In this document: one piece after another, positions 63,285-64,000 of the stretch
Layout of the letters: each line of letters starts with the position of its first letter
Position numbering within the stretch: position 1 is the stretch's first letter
Assembly: GCF_001194135.2 (NCBI RefSeq)
Contig: NC_068982.1
Location: 67,319,854 to 67,383,853 of the forward strand
Source: Octopus bimaculoides
Lineage: Eukaryota
DNA: 64,000 nucleotides
Reading direction: 5' to 3'
Program-made: the position numbers and the translations under genes
The notes under the pieces: model-generated
The model's database searches: none
Seen by the model: the letters and a program-made list of their open reading frames with translations, nothing else
What the model was told of the DNA's origin: nothing

Positions 63285-63500
63285 TCTTTTATTCCTTTCA
63301 GTTATTGGACGCCGGCCATGCTGGAGCACCTCCTTAAAGTGTTTTTAGTCAAAGAAATCGACCCCAGGACTTATACTTTGTAAGCTTAGTACTTATTCTA
63401 TTGGTCTCTTTTGCCAAACTGCTACGTTAAGGGGACATAAACACACCAGCATCGGTTGTCAAGTGATGGTGAGAAAACAAACACAGACACAAAGACACAC
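63285..63500 (-). mobile_element. Family B SINE 3' half
   Basis: ggccatgctggagcacc..gaccccaggactta..cggttgtcaagtgatgg. Confidence 0.85.
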
Positions 63501-63513
63501 ACACAATTACATG

Positions 63514-63549
<36 letters not shown>

Positions 63550-63556
<7 letters not shown>

Positions 63557-63790
63557 AGAATTCACAAAAGCACAACAGACGAAGACAGGTGGTGTAGAAA
63601 ACAAATAGATGTATTAGTATAACGCTCGGGAATTGAAAAAGTCTTTAACGTTTCGAGCCTACGCTCTTCCACAGAAAGGAACACAGAAAGAAACAAGGAG
63701 AGAGAAAAAATGTGTGTAGTGGTCAGCGATCTATCATGGCGAATGCCAGACAGAAGGGTCACACAGGAGAGTTAAGAAGAAGGAGAGATA
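63550..63790 (-). mobile_element. Penelope-type repeat (A6U hammerhead family), longer copy
   Basis: Minus strand CCTTT-CTGTGGA-A-GAGC-GTAG-GCTC-GAAA-CG-TT-AAAGA at 63679-63642. Confidence 0.75.
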
Positions 63791-64000
63791 ACAAAGTAGT
63801 AGTGATCTCAAAACAAAGGTGTGTGTGTGTGTGTAAGAGAATGCTGGTGATCTTAACGTATGCATGTGTGTATGTAGGTGTGGAAATGTGGGATGGTAAT
63901 TGGTCAGTGCTGGTGTGTGTGTGGTGGTGTGTTGTGATGTGATGTGTTGTGTGGTATGGTGTAGTGTGTTGTGTGGTGTGATGGTGTTAGGAGGTAGGGG

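Noticed and set aside
1-64000. CRISPR arrays, rRNA, prokaryotic operons
   Set aside because: No regularly spaced repeat-spacer arrays, rRNA-like sequence or dense ORFs; the DNA is eukaryotic and repeat-dominated.

Overview
AT-rich, repeat-dense animal genomic DNA from a gapped short-read scaffold (17 N-gaps, about 7 kb in total, nearly all flanked by microsatellites). The SINE/MITE/microsatellite make-up resembles a coleoid cephalopod, probably Octopus (inference from repeat pattern, not a database match). I cannot support any intact host protein-coding gene; the window reads as intergenic or large-intron sequence. The real protein-like ORFs are transposon relics: RTE, R4/Dong-like, CR1-group and Tx1/L1-like LINEs, and mariner/maT transposases. 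Several tRNA-derived SINE families and TTAA- and TA-flanked MITEs are also present. The most notable signals are hammerhead-ribozyme-like motifs in several Penelope-type repeat families. One sits in a 358-bp terminally redundant, retrozyme-like unit (36151-36557), and one family has a fixed A6U core change. Other highlights are a 128-bp-arm palindromic element, a maT derivative built from two right ends, and local templated-insertion scars.
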